Assembly: GCA_053919585.1 (NCBI GenBank)
Contig: CM132796.1
Source: Euprymna scolopes
Lineage: Eukaryota
Length of the DNA stretch: 64,000 nt
Direction: 5' to 3' (one strand)
Shown here one piece after another: positions 1 through 11,771 of the stretch (the first letter of the stretch is position 1; each line of letters starts with the position of its first letter). The notes below the pieces were generated by a model. That model saw nothing but the letters and a program-made list of their open reading frames with translations, was not told where the DNA came from and made no database searches. A program made the translations under genes and the position numbers.

Positions 1-274
1 CGATACAAACAAAAGAAAACCAGATTTATAGGAGTATAGATAGATAGATAGATACATTTATTCATGATTAATTCTATTTATATAGTTTTACTTCTATCAT
101 CCTTATCATCATCATCGTCATCATAATATTTAATATGAATATCGATACAAACAAAAGAAAACCAGATTTATAGGAGTATAGAATAGATAGATAGATAGAT
201 ACATTTATTCATGATTAATTCTATTTATATAGTTTTACTTCTATCATCCTCATCATCATCATCGTCATCATAAT
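1..274. repeat. Tandem duplication, period 142 bp, containing (GATA)n and (ATC)n
   Basis: Positions 1-127 recur almost identically from position 143 (cgatacaaacaaaagaaaaccag...catcgtcatcataat). Confidence 0.9.
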
Positions 275-908
275 CATTATTCAAATGTTTTTAAGATTAT
301 GCCTACAAGGTTAGCGCCTAGTTTTCTTTTTGTTTCTCTCTTTCTATCTAGACAACATTCGGTTTAAGCACATCTAAATTTGTGTTTTTTGACGCATAAT
401 CTAATTGTTTCAATGTTAAATACAATTTACTGTCTAAAATNNNNNNNNNNNNNNNNNNNNNNNNNNNNNNNNNNNNNNNNNNNNNNNNNNNNNNNNNNNN
501 NNNNNNNNNNNNNNNNNNNNNNNNNNNNNNNNNNNNNNNNNNNNNNNNNNNNNNNNNNNNNNNNNNNNNNNNNNNNNNNNNNNNNNNCTGGATCGATATT
601 TTTTCGCTTCTAATATTATCGTCAGACCTAATGCCAAAAGTAAATAAAAATGACTACCTCCAACTGTGATCAAGAATATAACAGACTCTTTAAACAGTTC
701 AGTGATGTAGAGAGGGTTAGTCGATATTAATGTTTAATGTAAATGGTAGATTTCTTTAGCACTTATCGAACATGGGGAAAGTGGAGAAAAAAACAGAAAA
801 AAAGATTAAAACAGGAAATAGATCTCGAAATATGAAACGAACAAATATGGTAGGATGAAATTCAAGTAAAAGATTCTGTAATAGAAATCGTTTTAAGACA
901 ATAAAAAG

Positions 909-1457
909 TGCCACATTTGGGCAGGAGCTGCTAGAAAGGACTTGACCTTCCTTGATAGAGTTCAAAATAGACTTCGTAGCCTCGTAGATGTCCTTTTCTC
1001 TTCTCTGCAACCTTTATCTTACAGAAGAGATGTTGCGAGTGTCTCTGCTGTATCGTTATTTTCATGGAAAGTGTTCGACTGAGCTTCAGTCTATGGTTCC
1101 CCCCTCGCTAAACTTTCACAAGAAACACTCGTCTAGCTGAAAACACTATCAAACATTCCCCCCAGTCTTTATCTGTGTCTAAACCTAAACGTAGATTCCA
1201 TGAACAAAGCTTCTTTCGTAGAACTGCACGACTGTGGAATTGTCTTCCGTTTTCCTGCTTTCCAGCTGACTACAATATGGTTGTGTTCAAGTCCAACGTA
1301 AACAAGTTCTTGATGAGCCGTTCCACTTGTTAACAAATTTACCGAATTTCCATTACTAACGATTACGATATTGTCCTAGTTCTACTGTACACTGTTAAAA
1401 CCCTTATCCTCGAGTGGCATCTTGGACTTGATAAGTTGTTATGCCTATGTAAAAAAA
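909..1457 (+). mobile_element. CR1/L2-group LINE 3' fragment (family A)
   Basis: Translates as CHIWAGA...LDRVQNRLRSLV...LQPLSYRRDVAS..LYRYFHGKCS, followed by the conserved 3' tail cccttatc...gataag and an A-run. Confidence 0.85.
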
Positions 1458-1721
1458 CGGCACTACAAATAAAGTAGGACGTATACTGAGTACAAACTTT
1501 TACCATTATGCCCCAATACAACACTTTTTTTTCTCATTGTTTTTCTTTTCTCCATTTTATTGTATAATATTGTTGCAGTACAACGAGAAATGCACAAATG
1601 CAACGAAAAATGCACCCTTCAAATTTAAAGAAGATGGTAATCAGTAATGTGTTATCATTTCGCAAGATTTCATTTTTTAAACATCTCCACCCCACCATAA
1701 ATCATGAGAACAAAAATATAA

Positions 1722-2070
1722 TACGAGGGGCGTTTCTAAAGTAATACCTCTTTTTTTTATTCTGGCGGAATTGATAACAGAATATTGCAAATTGCATTGC
1801 TATGATGATTAAACCTGGGAGTTTCATCTCTTTAGTGAACGTATTTACGGTGGGAGACTTTAAACGTAATCCGTGACATGGGCGTGTATCTGAAATAGTG
1901 ATGTGTGATTGAATTTCTGTCAAAAGCGCGTTAAGAATATGTCCCAGACGAAATAAGGTCGCTTGTTTTTATAGCACCACTCCTGTCTTCGTAGCTCCTT
2001 CATTTTATTTTTACTGTCACAAGAAACATGAATTAGTAAGGTAAATAGATTTCAGACGGCAGTTCTATTA
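1722..2070 (+). mobile_element. Internally deleted mariner-like remnant
   Basis: Starts TACGAGGGGCGTTTCTAAAGTAATACCTC, a mariner-type TIR. Internal pieces resemble the 40450-40825 element. Confidence 0.5.
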
Positions 2071-3495
2071 GGACTGGTATAATACAATAGACAATACTAT
2101 TCTATAATGATGTTTATTTCCTTTTTAAATACACTGAAAATCATCAGTAATATTTTCTACGTGAAAATTCACATTTCCTGCTACGGTAGGCATTTCCATC
2201 TCATCATTGTTACATATTTCTACAATATCATAATGTCATAAAAGCCATATTTTGCATTTCTAATCGAGCTACTAACTTAAGTTCTTTCCGGCAATCAATT
2301 TATCAGTTCCTTGACACAACGAAGGCTAATATATCTTCTGAAAAACGGAACGATCTAATCTATCCAGTAATGGGGACAAATGCTTTTATTGAGTTTTTAT
2401 AGCTATGTGTGTTTCATTGCAAAGTTTTAAAGGTACCTCATTTTACCGTGGTTTTTTGTCATTTCATTTTTCCTTAATAAAAATGTGGAATTATTCACTG
2501 GTTCCGTACTACGCTATTCATATCCGAGTCTAGTTCCTGTAAGAATATATCAAGGAGGAATTTAAATAGGTTTAGTTAAGGCGTAGGTATAAAATTAGAA
2601 TGCTTGCATTTGGTACAACTTTAGATCGCGGCTGGTTTAAGAATTATTATCCAAAACTTACTATTTAGTATTTAGTAAGGTGCATCGGTGATCAAGCATG
2701 TTATTTTCTTAGTACGATTAACTATAAATCACCACATCCTACATTGTATAAGTTATAGGGAGAAGGGCGTTTGTTGGAATAAAAAAAAAGGATTTGATTG
2801 TACAATCGCACATGTTGTAAAATGCATAATATTTAAATATACTATTGTATACGTAGCGAATCGATAAGACGCTGAGTTATTATATTCTGGATAAAAATGA
2901 ACCGGGAACTAATAACAATTAGGTTAAAGTAAATCTATCACATTAATGTTTCACTATTGGATGCAATGTCGTATCATACCAAGAACTGATTCTATATAAC
3001 CCATAGATGCAACCATCAGGAATGTTACTAATTCAGATTACTGTCTACTAAGGAGTAATTCTTTATGGAGAGAGTGATCCTGTTGTTCCTATTAAAAGCG
3101 AAAGAATATCTCATACAAAGAAGAGTATTCCTCGTTATACAGTGAATAACTAAGGAGTAAAGTCATACGACTTAAACTCCAACAATGAGATCAAAATATA
3201 TAACGATATATTAACAGATGTTATAATCTAACAGAGATGGATGGATATATACATTATTGAAATCAAAATAAATTTCCTCCCATTCGTTGCTGCATTAGAT
3301 TCCAGGTTTTCAGTTAAATTATTGAGATTGAGCCGCTGAACAAAACAAAGATCAAAGTGAACGACAATGATAGTAAGATGGTAGAAAAAAGAAGAAATAA
3401 ATTAAGTAATAATAAAATTAATGGATCAGTGCCACTGGCAAAATACAGAAACCGAAAAAAAAAACTATACGCCAATAGAAGTAAAATGCTATATA

Positions 3496-3512
3496 CATAT
3501 ATACATACCCCT

Positions 3513-3596
<84 letters not shown>
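3496..3596. repeat. (TA)n microsatellite, one of many in the window
   Basis: Long TA run seen directly. Confidence 0.95.
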
Positions 3597-3598
<2 letters not shown>

Positions 3599-3860
3599 CT
3601 TGCCCGCTACTTAATTGGCTGAAAAATGCGAGGCCCGCGGTTAGTTTGTAAATACGCGGTTTGAGCACTATAAAATGGTGGACGAATGTTTGCTTTAAAT
3701 AGAGATTTGTTTAGGTTGTTTGCAGGTATCGCTCCTATGGATCGATGCGTAGAACTGCCGACTGTCAGCTCGATGCTTCTAGGTTCAATCCTCGGCTTGG
3801 TCTAGCGACACTGATGAGTTTTGATACAACGAAACAGTACTGTATGTTGATGACTGCAAA
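3597..3860 (+). mobile_element. Short non-coding element between (TA)n tracts: ATTGG/TATA motifs, tRNA-like segment and hammerhead (retrozyme/SINE or solo pLTR)
   Basis: attgg at ~3614, tataaaa at ~3669, B-box-like GGTTCAATCC at 3782-3791, HHR at 3806-3849, and (TA)n on both sides. Confidence 0.7.
3806..3849 (+). ncRNA. Type I hammerhead ribozyme
   Basis: Reads cgaca-CTGATGA-gtt(ttgatac)aac-GAA-acag(ta)ctgt-A-tgttg. Core is intact, stems I-III pair, and the cleavage triplet is GUA. Confidence 0.85.
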
Positions 3861-3894
3861 TATATATATATATATATATATACCTATACATACG

Positions 3895-3943
<49 letters not shown>

Positions 3944-4169
3944 TTTTAACAAAAACCAAAACTTTAAAGAATGGGTTGATTGCAACGAATAGTGTATTTC
4001 ATCGTTCCTTACAATTGTTGCAAAACTATTCGAAAAAATTCAAACATTATGTTGTTTGAATTTTTTCACAAGAACAGCCTTTTATCAGACTTATTGAATA
4101 AAAAACACTTTACTAATAAAACATTATGGAAACCATTTTCCTTATGAGGAAAAGAATTAAGACTAAATA

Positions 4170-4213
<44 letters not shown>

Positions 4214-4270
4214 CCATAGACATGCATTTATATTTACATATATATATTCATCCATACATATTTACATGTT

Positions 4271-4312
<42 letters not shown>

Positions 4313-4441
4313 GATTTGTTATTGTTGTTTTTCAAGCGATACATACGGTTAATATTGGCTCCACCTCGGAGCTCATGTTTTTTTATTTACTTAGAAAGTC
4401 GCCATATAGCACTTTTATTTATTATTTTTTAAAACAGTAAT

Positions 4442-4486
4442 CTACGTACACGCGTGTTTCGAGGTCGTTACCTCTCGTCAGCGTAG
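4442..4486 (-). ncRNA. Type I hammerhead ribozyme
   Basis: Minus strand reads ctacg-CTGACGA-gaggt(aacg)acctc-GAA-acac(gc)gtgt-A-cgtag. Core is perfect and all three stems are fully Watson-Crick. Confidence 0.93.
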
Positions 4487-4494
4487 TTCAACTG

Positions 4495-4563
4495 TTTCTA
4501 GGGATCGAACCTCAGACCTTGTTGACCATAATCCGGTGCCTTAACCGTTAAGCCACAAACCCA
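4495..4563 (-). promoter_or_regulatory. tRNA-derived head with Pol III A-box and B-box, directly upstream of the hammerhead
   Basis: Minus strand reads GGGTTTGTGGCTTAACGGTTAAGGCACCGGATTATGGTCAACAAGGTCTGAGGTTCGATCCCTAGAAAC. A-box TGGCTTAACGG, D-stem GCTT/AGGC, B-box GGTTCGATCC; the anticodon arm is broken. Confidence 0.8.
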
Positions 4564-5008
4564 GGATTAATTTTTAACCGTATGTGTCTTTCTTTCTTCG
4601 CATGCTCAAATTCAATTAATTCTTCAATCGCATAATCAATCGCATAATACCTTTCTTTTTATAAGAACATCGCTAGAGAATATTTGAAATCATGTCTTTG
4701 TATTAATAAATACGAAATCTGCATGGGTTTAAATATATTTAAACGTATATTATGGCAAGCAAAAATGCAAAGTACTTATATAAGGCTTGGTAGACTATTT
4801 TTAATTTCTTGCCGATTTTTTTACAATCTTTTAAGACGATAAATATGTTTTGACAATTAATTTTTTGCCGGAATTCTGTCCTAGGAAAATGCAAAATTCT
4901 TGTTAAAACATCATATTTCTCTTAAAAATTCTTGTACAAGAGAGGACAAATTCTAAGTACAGATTTTGATAAAAATAAACTGACTTGTATTAATGTCAGG
5001 TTCCTGGG

Positions 5009-8000
5009 TTTTTTAGCAATACATAAATAGTGCTTGATATTCTGAAAATTAACCTTGTTAATTTGTTATTTCCTTTAGATTATCTCTAAATAACTTTTTT
5101 TAGCAATACGTAAATATTGCAAGAGTTTCTTAATATTAATCTTGATAATTTGTTATTTCCTTTAGATTATCTCTAAATAACTTTTTTTAGCAATATGTAA
5201 ATATTGCTTGAGATTCTGAAAATTTACCTTGATAATTTGTAATTTGCTGTAGATAATCTCTAAATAACGTTTTTTAGCAATACGTAAATATTTCTCGAGA
5301 TTCTGAATATTAATCTTGATAATTTGTAATTTGCTTTAGATAATCTCTAAATAACGTTTTTTAGCAATACGTAAATATTTCTCGAGATTCTGAAAATTAA
5401 CCTTGATAATTTTTATTTTCTTTAGATAATATCTAAATTACTTTTTAGCAATACGTAAATATTGCTCGAGCATCTGAAAATTAACCTTAATAATTTTTTA
5501 TTTTCTTTAGATAATCTCTAAATTATTTTTTAACAATACATTAATAGTGCTTGATATTCTGAAAATTAACCTTGTTAATTTGTTATTTCCTTTAGATCAT
5601 CTCTTAATAACTTTTTTTAGCAATACGTAAATATTGCAAGAGTTTCTTAATATTAATCTTGAGAATTTATTATTTCCTTTAGATTATCTCTAAATAACTT
5701 TTTTTAGCAATATGTAAATATTGCTTGAGATTCTGAAAATTTACCTTGATAATTAATTTTTTCTTTAGATAATCTCTAAATTACTTTTTAGCAATACGTA
5801 AATATTGCTCGAGCATCTGAAAATTAACCTTGATATTTTTTTATTTTCTTTAGATAATATCTAAATTACTTTTTAGCAATACGTAAATATTGCTCGAGCA
5901 TCTGAAAATTAACCTTGATAATTTATTTTCTTTAGATAATATCTAAATTACTTTTTAGCAATACGTAAATATTGCTCGAGCATCTGAAAATTAACCTTGA
6001 TAATTTATTTTCTTTAGATAATATTTAAATTACTTTTTAGCAATACGTAAATATTGCTCGAGCATCTGAAAATTAACCTTGATAATTTTTTATTTTCTTT
6101 AGATAATATCTAAATTACTTTTTAGCAATACGTAAATATTGCTCGAGCATCTGAAAATTAACCTTGATAATTTATTTTCTTTAGATAATATCTAAATTAC
6201 TTTTTAGCAATACGTAAATATTGCTCGAGCATCTGAAAATTAACCTTGATAATTTTTTATTTTCTTTAGATAATATCTAAATTACTTTTTAGCAATACGT
6301 AAATATTGCTCGAGCATCTGAAAATTAACCTTGATAATTTTTTATTTTCTTTAGATAATATCTAAATTACTTTTTAGCAATACGTAAATATTGCTCGAGC
6401 ATCTGAAAATTAACCTTGATAATTTTTTATTTTCTTTAGATAATATCTAAATTACTTTTTAGCAATACGTAAATATTGCTCGAGCATCTGAAAATTAACC
6501 TTGATAATTTTTTATTTTCTTTAGATAATATCTAAATTACTTTTTAGCAATACGTAAATATTGCTCGAGCATCTGAAAATTAACCTTGATAATTTTTTAT
6601 TTTCTTTAGATAATATCTAAATTACTTTTTAGCAATAAGTAAATATTGCTCGAGCATCTGAAAATTAACCTTGATAATTTATTTTCTTTAGATAATATCT
6701 AAATTACTTTTTAGCAATACGTAAATATTGCTCGAGCATCTGAAAATTAACCTTGATAATTTATTTTCTTTAGATAATATCTAAATTACTTTTTAGCAAT
6801 ACGTAAATATTGCTCGAGCATCTGAAAATTAACCTTGATAATTTTTTATTTTCTTTAGATAATATCTAAATTACTTTTTAGCAATACGTAAATATTGCTC
6901 GAGCATCTGAAAATTAACCTTGATAATTTATTTTCTTTAGATAATATTTAAATTACTTTTTAGCAATACGTAAATATTGCTCGAGCATCTGAAAATTAAC
7001 CTTGATAATTTATTTTCTTTAGATAATATCTAAATTACTTTTTAGCAATACGTAAATATTGCTCGAGCATCTGAAAATTAACCTTGATAATTTTTTATTT
7101 TCTTTAGATAATATCTAAATTACTTTTTAGCAATACGTAAATATTGCTCGAGCATCTGAAAATTAACCTTGATAATTTTTTATTTTCTTTAGATAATATC
7201 TAAATTACTTTTTAGCAATACGTAAATATTGCTCGAGCATCTGAAAATTAACCTTGATAATTTATTTTCTTTAGATAATATCTAAATTACTTTTTAGCAA
7301 TACGTAAATATTGCTCGAGCATCTGAAAATTAACCTTGATAATTTTTTATTTTCTTTAGATAATATCTAAATTACTTTTTAGCAATACGTAAATATTGCT
7401 CGAGCATCTGAAAATTAACCTTGATAATTTTTTATTTTCTTTAGATAATATCTAAATTACTTTTTAGCAATACGTAAATATTGCTCGAGCATCTGAAAAT
7501 TAACCTTGATAATTTATTTTCTTTAGATAATATCTAAATTACTTTTTAGCAATACGTAAATATTGCTCGAGCATCTGAAAATTAACCTTGATAATTTTTT
7601 ATTTTCTTTAGATAATATCTAAATTACTTTTTAGCAATACGTAAATATTGCTCGAGCATCTGAAAATTAACCTTGATAATTTATTTTCTTTAGATAATAT
7701 TTAAATTACTTTTTAGCAATACGTAAATATTGCTCGAGCATCTGAAAATTAACCTTGATAATTTATTTTCTTTAGATAATATCTAAATTACTTTTTAGCA
7801 ATACGTAAATATTGCTCGAGCATCTGAAAATTAACCTTGATAATTTTTTATTTTCTTTAGATAATATCTAAATTACTTTTTAGCAATACGTAAATATTGC
7901 TCGAGCATCTGAAAATTAACCTTGATAATTTTTTATTTTCTTTAGATAATATCTAAATTACTTTTTAGCAATACGTAAATATTGCTCGAGCATCTGAAAA

Positions 8001-8635
8001 TTAACCTTGATAATTTATTTTCTTTAGATAATATCTAAATTACTTTTTAGCAATACGTAAATATTGCTCGAGCATCTGAAAATTAACCTTGATAATTTTT
8101 TATTTTCTTTAGATAATATCTAAATTACTTTTTAGCAATACGTAAATATTGCTCGAGCATCTGAAAATTAACCTTGATAATTTATTTTCTTTAGATAATA
8201 TCTAAATTACTTTTTAGCAATACGTAAATATTGCTCGAGCATCTGAAAATTAACCTTGATAATTTTTTATTTTCTTTAGATAATATCTAAATTACTTTTT
8301 AACAATACGTAAATATTGCTCGAGATTCTGAAAATTAACCTTGATAATTTGGTATTTCCTTTAGCTTATCTCTAAATAACTTTTTAGCAATACCTAAATA
8401 TTGCAAGAGTTTCTTAATATTAATCTTGATAATTTGTTATTTCCTTTAGATTATCTCTAAATAACTTTTTTTAGCAATATGTAAATATTGCTAGCGATTC
8501 TGAAAATTAACCTTGATAATTTTTATTTCCTTTAGATAATCTGTAAGTATCGTTTTCTTTAGCAATACGTAAATATTGCTCGAGATTCTGAAAATTAACC
8601 TTGATAATTTGTTATTTCCTTTAGAGTATCTCTAT
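5009..8635. repeat. Satellite array, 82-85 bp monomer, about 43 copies
   Basis: Monomer tttttagcaatacgtaaatattgctcgagcatctgaaaattaaccttgataattt(ttt)attttctttagataatatctaaattac. The centre is homogeneous and the edges are diverged. Confidence 0.97.
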
Positions 8636-9328
8636 TTTCCCTATTAAATAATTTTATCTCTAAATAACTTTCTCTCTGATGTATATTACTTCTCTCCATT
8701 TTCTTTAAAGAATTTTCCTTTTTCTTTAAAAACATTCTCTGAAAAAAAGAATTTATAGGCTATATAACAAATTTATCAAACAGATAAATTCTGTTTTTCA
8801 TATATAAATTTAAAATTAACATTTCATACCTAAACAGATCAATCGTCGAATTATTATTTTAATGTATGATAAAATAAGTCAGTTATCTTCGACACTTCCT
8901 ATAGAAATATCCTACGAGGAGAATATTCAATTTCCGTGAATATAATGTTTATAAAAATAATCACAAAAATAAAAACAAAAACATTATTCACCATCAAAAA
9001 CTGATCTGGCGAAAATCTACCAAAATACTCCAATTGTTGTCCGCCAATATAAAAAGCTACAAGACTCAAATCAAACAATTAAAGACACGAAATCAATTAT
9101 TCAAGCATAAACAATATTTTCTTGGCTCATTATTTTTAAACGAAATTAAATAAAGTTTTAATTTTTACAAAAAAATTAATGTTGTAAAAGTAATTTTCAT
9201 CCACCTTGAGCTGTTATAAGTGCCAAGCTGCAGTTGCCAAGGTATTGCAATGCTGTAAGTTATATTCTATTCTTTTACATTGTATTCCGGAATCATACTA
9301 CACCAGCCCTTCACATTATTAATATTCA

Positions 9329-9680
9329 TTTTTTTTTCACAGTGATCACCACTTATCAAGGCCCGGAAGCCACTCAGGGATAAGGGTTATTGCAAGTACA
9401 TTACGTTAGTGTGGAGATTTGATGAAGTGTTTACTTAAGGGGGCGGTTCATTAGGAATTTGTTAACATTGGACTTGAAAACATCCAAGTTGTAGTCCGGT
9501 GGGAAGCATGCAGACGGAACAGAGTTCCACAGGCGTGCAGTTCTAAGAAAGACGCTTTGTTTAATGAATCCATTTTTGATTTAGGCACAGATATAGAGTA
9601 GGGGAAATTTTTCACAGTGGATTCAGCTAGACGGGTGTTTTTCGTGAAAGATTGGCGAGGGGGGACCAGAGATTGGAAGT
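9329..9680 (-). mobile_element. CR1/L2-group LINE 3' fragment (family A), ending at a Helitron
   Basis: T-run followed by the reverse complement of the family A tail; near-identical to 37215-37568. Confidence 0.85.
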
Positions 9681-9681
9681 T

Positions 9682-10140
9682 TCTATAATATAAATCTCAT
9701 CTGTCTGTTTAAATGTATGTATGTATGTATGTATGTATGGATGGATGGATGGATTTTTATACGTCTGACTATAACTTTCAACAGATGCGACGGATTTTCA
9801 CGAGATCGCTATCATTTTGGAACTCGACCATTCGGACAACAAATATCGAATAATTGGCAAAAAACATTAATTCCTTGACCCTCAACTGGACACTTTTCTA
9901 CAGGGAAGGGTTGCAGTTTTTCGGCGATATTTTCGAAAGTCATCCCCTCTTTTTGATTGACTAGCCTTAATTTAAACATACGTCATTTCCGGTTTGGCGA
10001 TGATAACAAAAGTAAACACGTCACGTTTTCTTTTCACGTTCTTTCCCTCTTTTGTCGAACGGGTTCGAGCCTGCATACTACCAGTTTTTTTCTCAACACA
10101 CACCTCCAAACACCTGGGAAACGCCGGGAACCCAGGCTAG
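9682..10140 (+). mobile_element. Non-autonomous Helitron
   Basis: 5' TCTATAATAATAAA, internal (GTAT)n/(GGAT)n, and a 3' hairpin cctgggaaacgccggg followed by CTAG|T. Confidence 0.8.
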
Positions 10141-11003
10141 TATTATTATAAGTTATACTTAGAATGGTAAAACAGAGTAATAGCTCTGACAAAACGTTAT
10201 AGTCTGCAATCAGTGGTTTATATATGGAGCAAAATCCTGTTGTCCTTGAGAACCGAACGTTTGATTCGGTTCTGAATTCATTTCTTTCCATTTAAAATGT
10301 GATATGAAAATCCGGCACTTCTGCAATGTTGAGTTGTAGCCACATGTATTGTATTCAGTTTGAAGAATATTATTATGAGGACACATCTAATTGATGATCA
10401 GCCTTCGGCACTGTTCTCAAATCACCTCATTTATATAGGCAATACTTCTAGAACATTGAATAGAGACTCTTCAATTGCATAAATTGCCACGTGGCCAGAT
10501 GGTATATTAAATTGGTGACCTAATGACATAGATTTTCCCGTGTATTCCTTAATATTTCCACAATGTTAGATGGCTTTGTGAAAGAGCAATTTTGTCCCTA
10601 GAAATGATGCTGTTCATATGATTTATTATTATCCTTTGCAAGAGTTATCAATCTAGTAATTGTGGTATTGATGAAGATCAGGCAGTAGAATTTTCATATA
10701 GAATTCACTACAATCCCATGGAATGAAAAATCATGACCTGATATAGAAGGAAATGGCACCACTTATATGATTAATAAATCTTGATCCACCTAAACTCTAT
10801 AATAACATAAGGTTAATAATAAAATCTTTGTTCTGGAAACCATTATAATAACTAGAAATTTTAAGGGTGAAACTCTTTTAATTCCTCTGATTCACCTTAC
10901 TAATTCTGACATACAACTTAATCAAGCGTTTACAATCGTCAATGACATTAGTGTTGCCATGAAATTTCCGAGTCCGACAGAAAAAATCCCATGTCCAATA
11001 AGA

Positions 11004-11050
11004 TACCCCTGAAGAAGGTCGGAGGTTACATCGACCGAAACGTTGTGAAA
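11004..11050 (+). ncRNA. Minimal or degenerate hammerhead-like motif (PLE pLTR type)
   Basis: CTGAAGA-a-ggtcg(gaggttacat)cgacc-GAAA-cgTT. Stem I pairing is poor. Confidence 0.5.
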
Positions 11051-11199
11051 ATCACACTCAAGATGGAAACAGTTGTCTGATCAATCCAAGTAATATGGAT
11101 ATTTTTGATGTGTACTATTAAATTTTAACAGGTAATTCTTCATAGAAAGAAACGTTTACTGACATTAATATGAATTGATATTTTTCGCATAACCCTCTG

Positions 11200-11323
11200 A
11201 ATATCAGCCATATAGCGTAACGATGAGTAACTAAGCGGCCGAGATTCAATCCTGGCTTCAGATAGATGCTGGTCTGGCCGCACAAATGAGCTGTTATACA
11301 GCGAAAGAGTAGTGTATGTGGAT

Positions 11324-11330
<7 letters not shown>
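11200..11330 (+). mobile_element. Degenerate copy of the tRNA-head plus hammerhead element
   Basis: A-box-like tagcgtaacga, B-box-like gattcaatcc, then ccgca-CAAATGA-gctgt(tat)acagc-GAAA-gagtagtg-TA-tgtgg-atgact-(TA)n. Layout and tail match 3780-3860. Confidence 0.7.
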
Positions 11331-11359
<29 letters not shown>

Positions 11360-11446
11360 AAAGAGAATGAGAGAAATATATAGAAATAAACACATATAGA
11401 GATAGATTTTGTTTGTCTTTCATTAGTGACCGCATATGTATATATT

Positions 11447-11501
<55 letters not shown>

Positions 11502-11771
11502 TTGTCGCTTAATCTCATACTTATATAATTCTTACATATATTAATTTTATTCAAAATGCTACACACAGTGTTCAGCCCCGTCCTTTTCTTTCGTTGCGTT
11601 CTATAACTATTAAGGAGATATGAGCTTTTACCTCACTGAAGCGGGCAATTTTTACTGTTTACTATTTTTGTCCTCTGTAAAGTTTGGTTGTCTGCGATAG
11701 GCAAATATGATCTGTTTGATAGGTTTTGCTTTAGAGTTTTTTCGTCTGTACGTGCATATATATTCTTCTTC

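Noticed and set aside
1-274. Functional duplicated element
   Set aside because: It is a near-identical low-complexity duplication close to a gap and may be a haplotype or assembly overlap.
4495-4563. Functional tRNA gene
   Set aside because: The anticodon and acceptor stems are broken, so it is treated as a SINE-type head.
5009-8635. CRISPR array suggested by palindromic repeats
   Set aside because: There are no unique spacers and no cas genes, and the context is eukaryotic. The whole monomer repeats, so it is satellite DNA.
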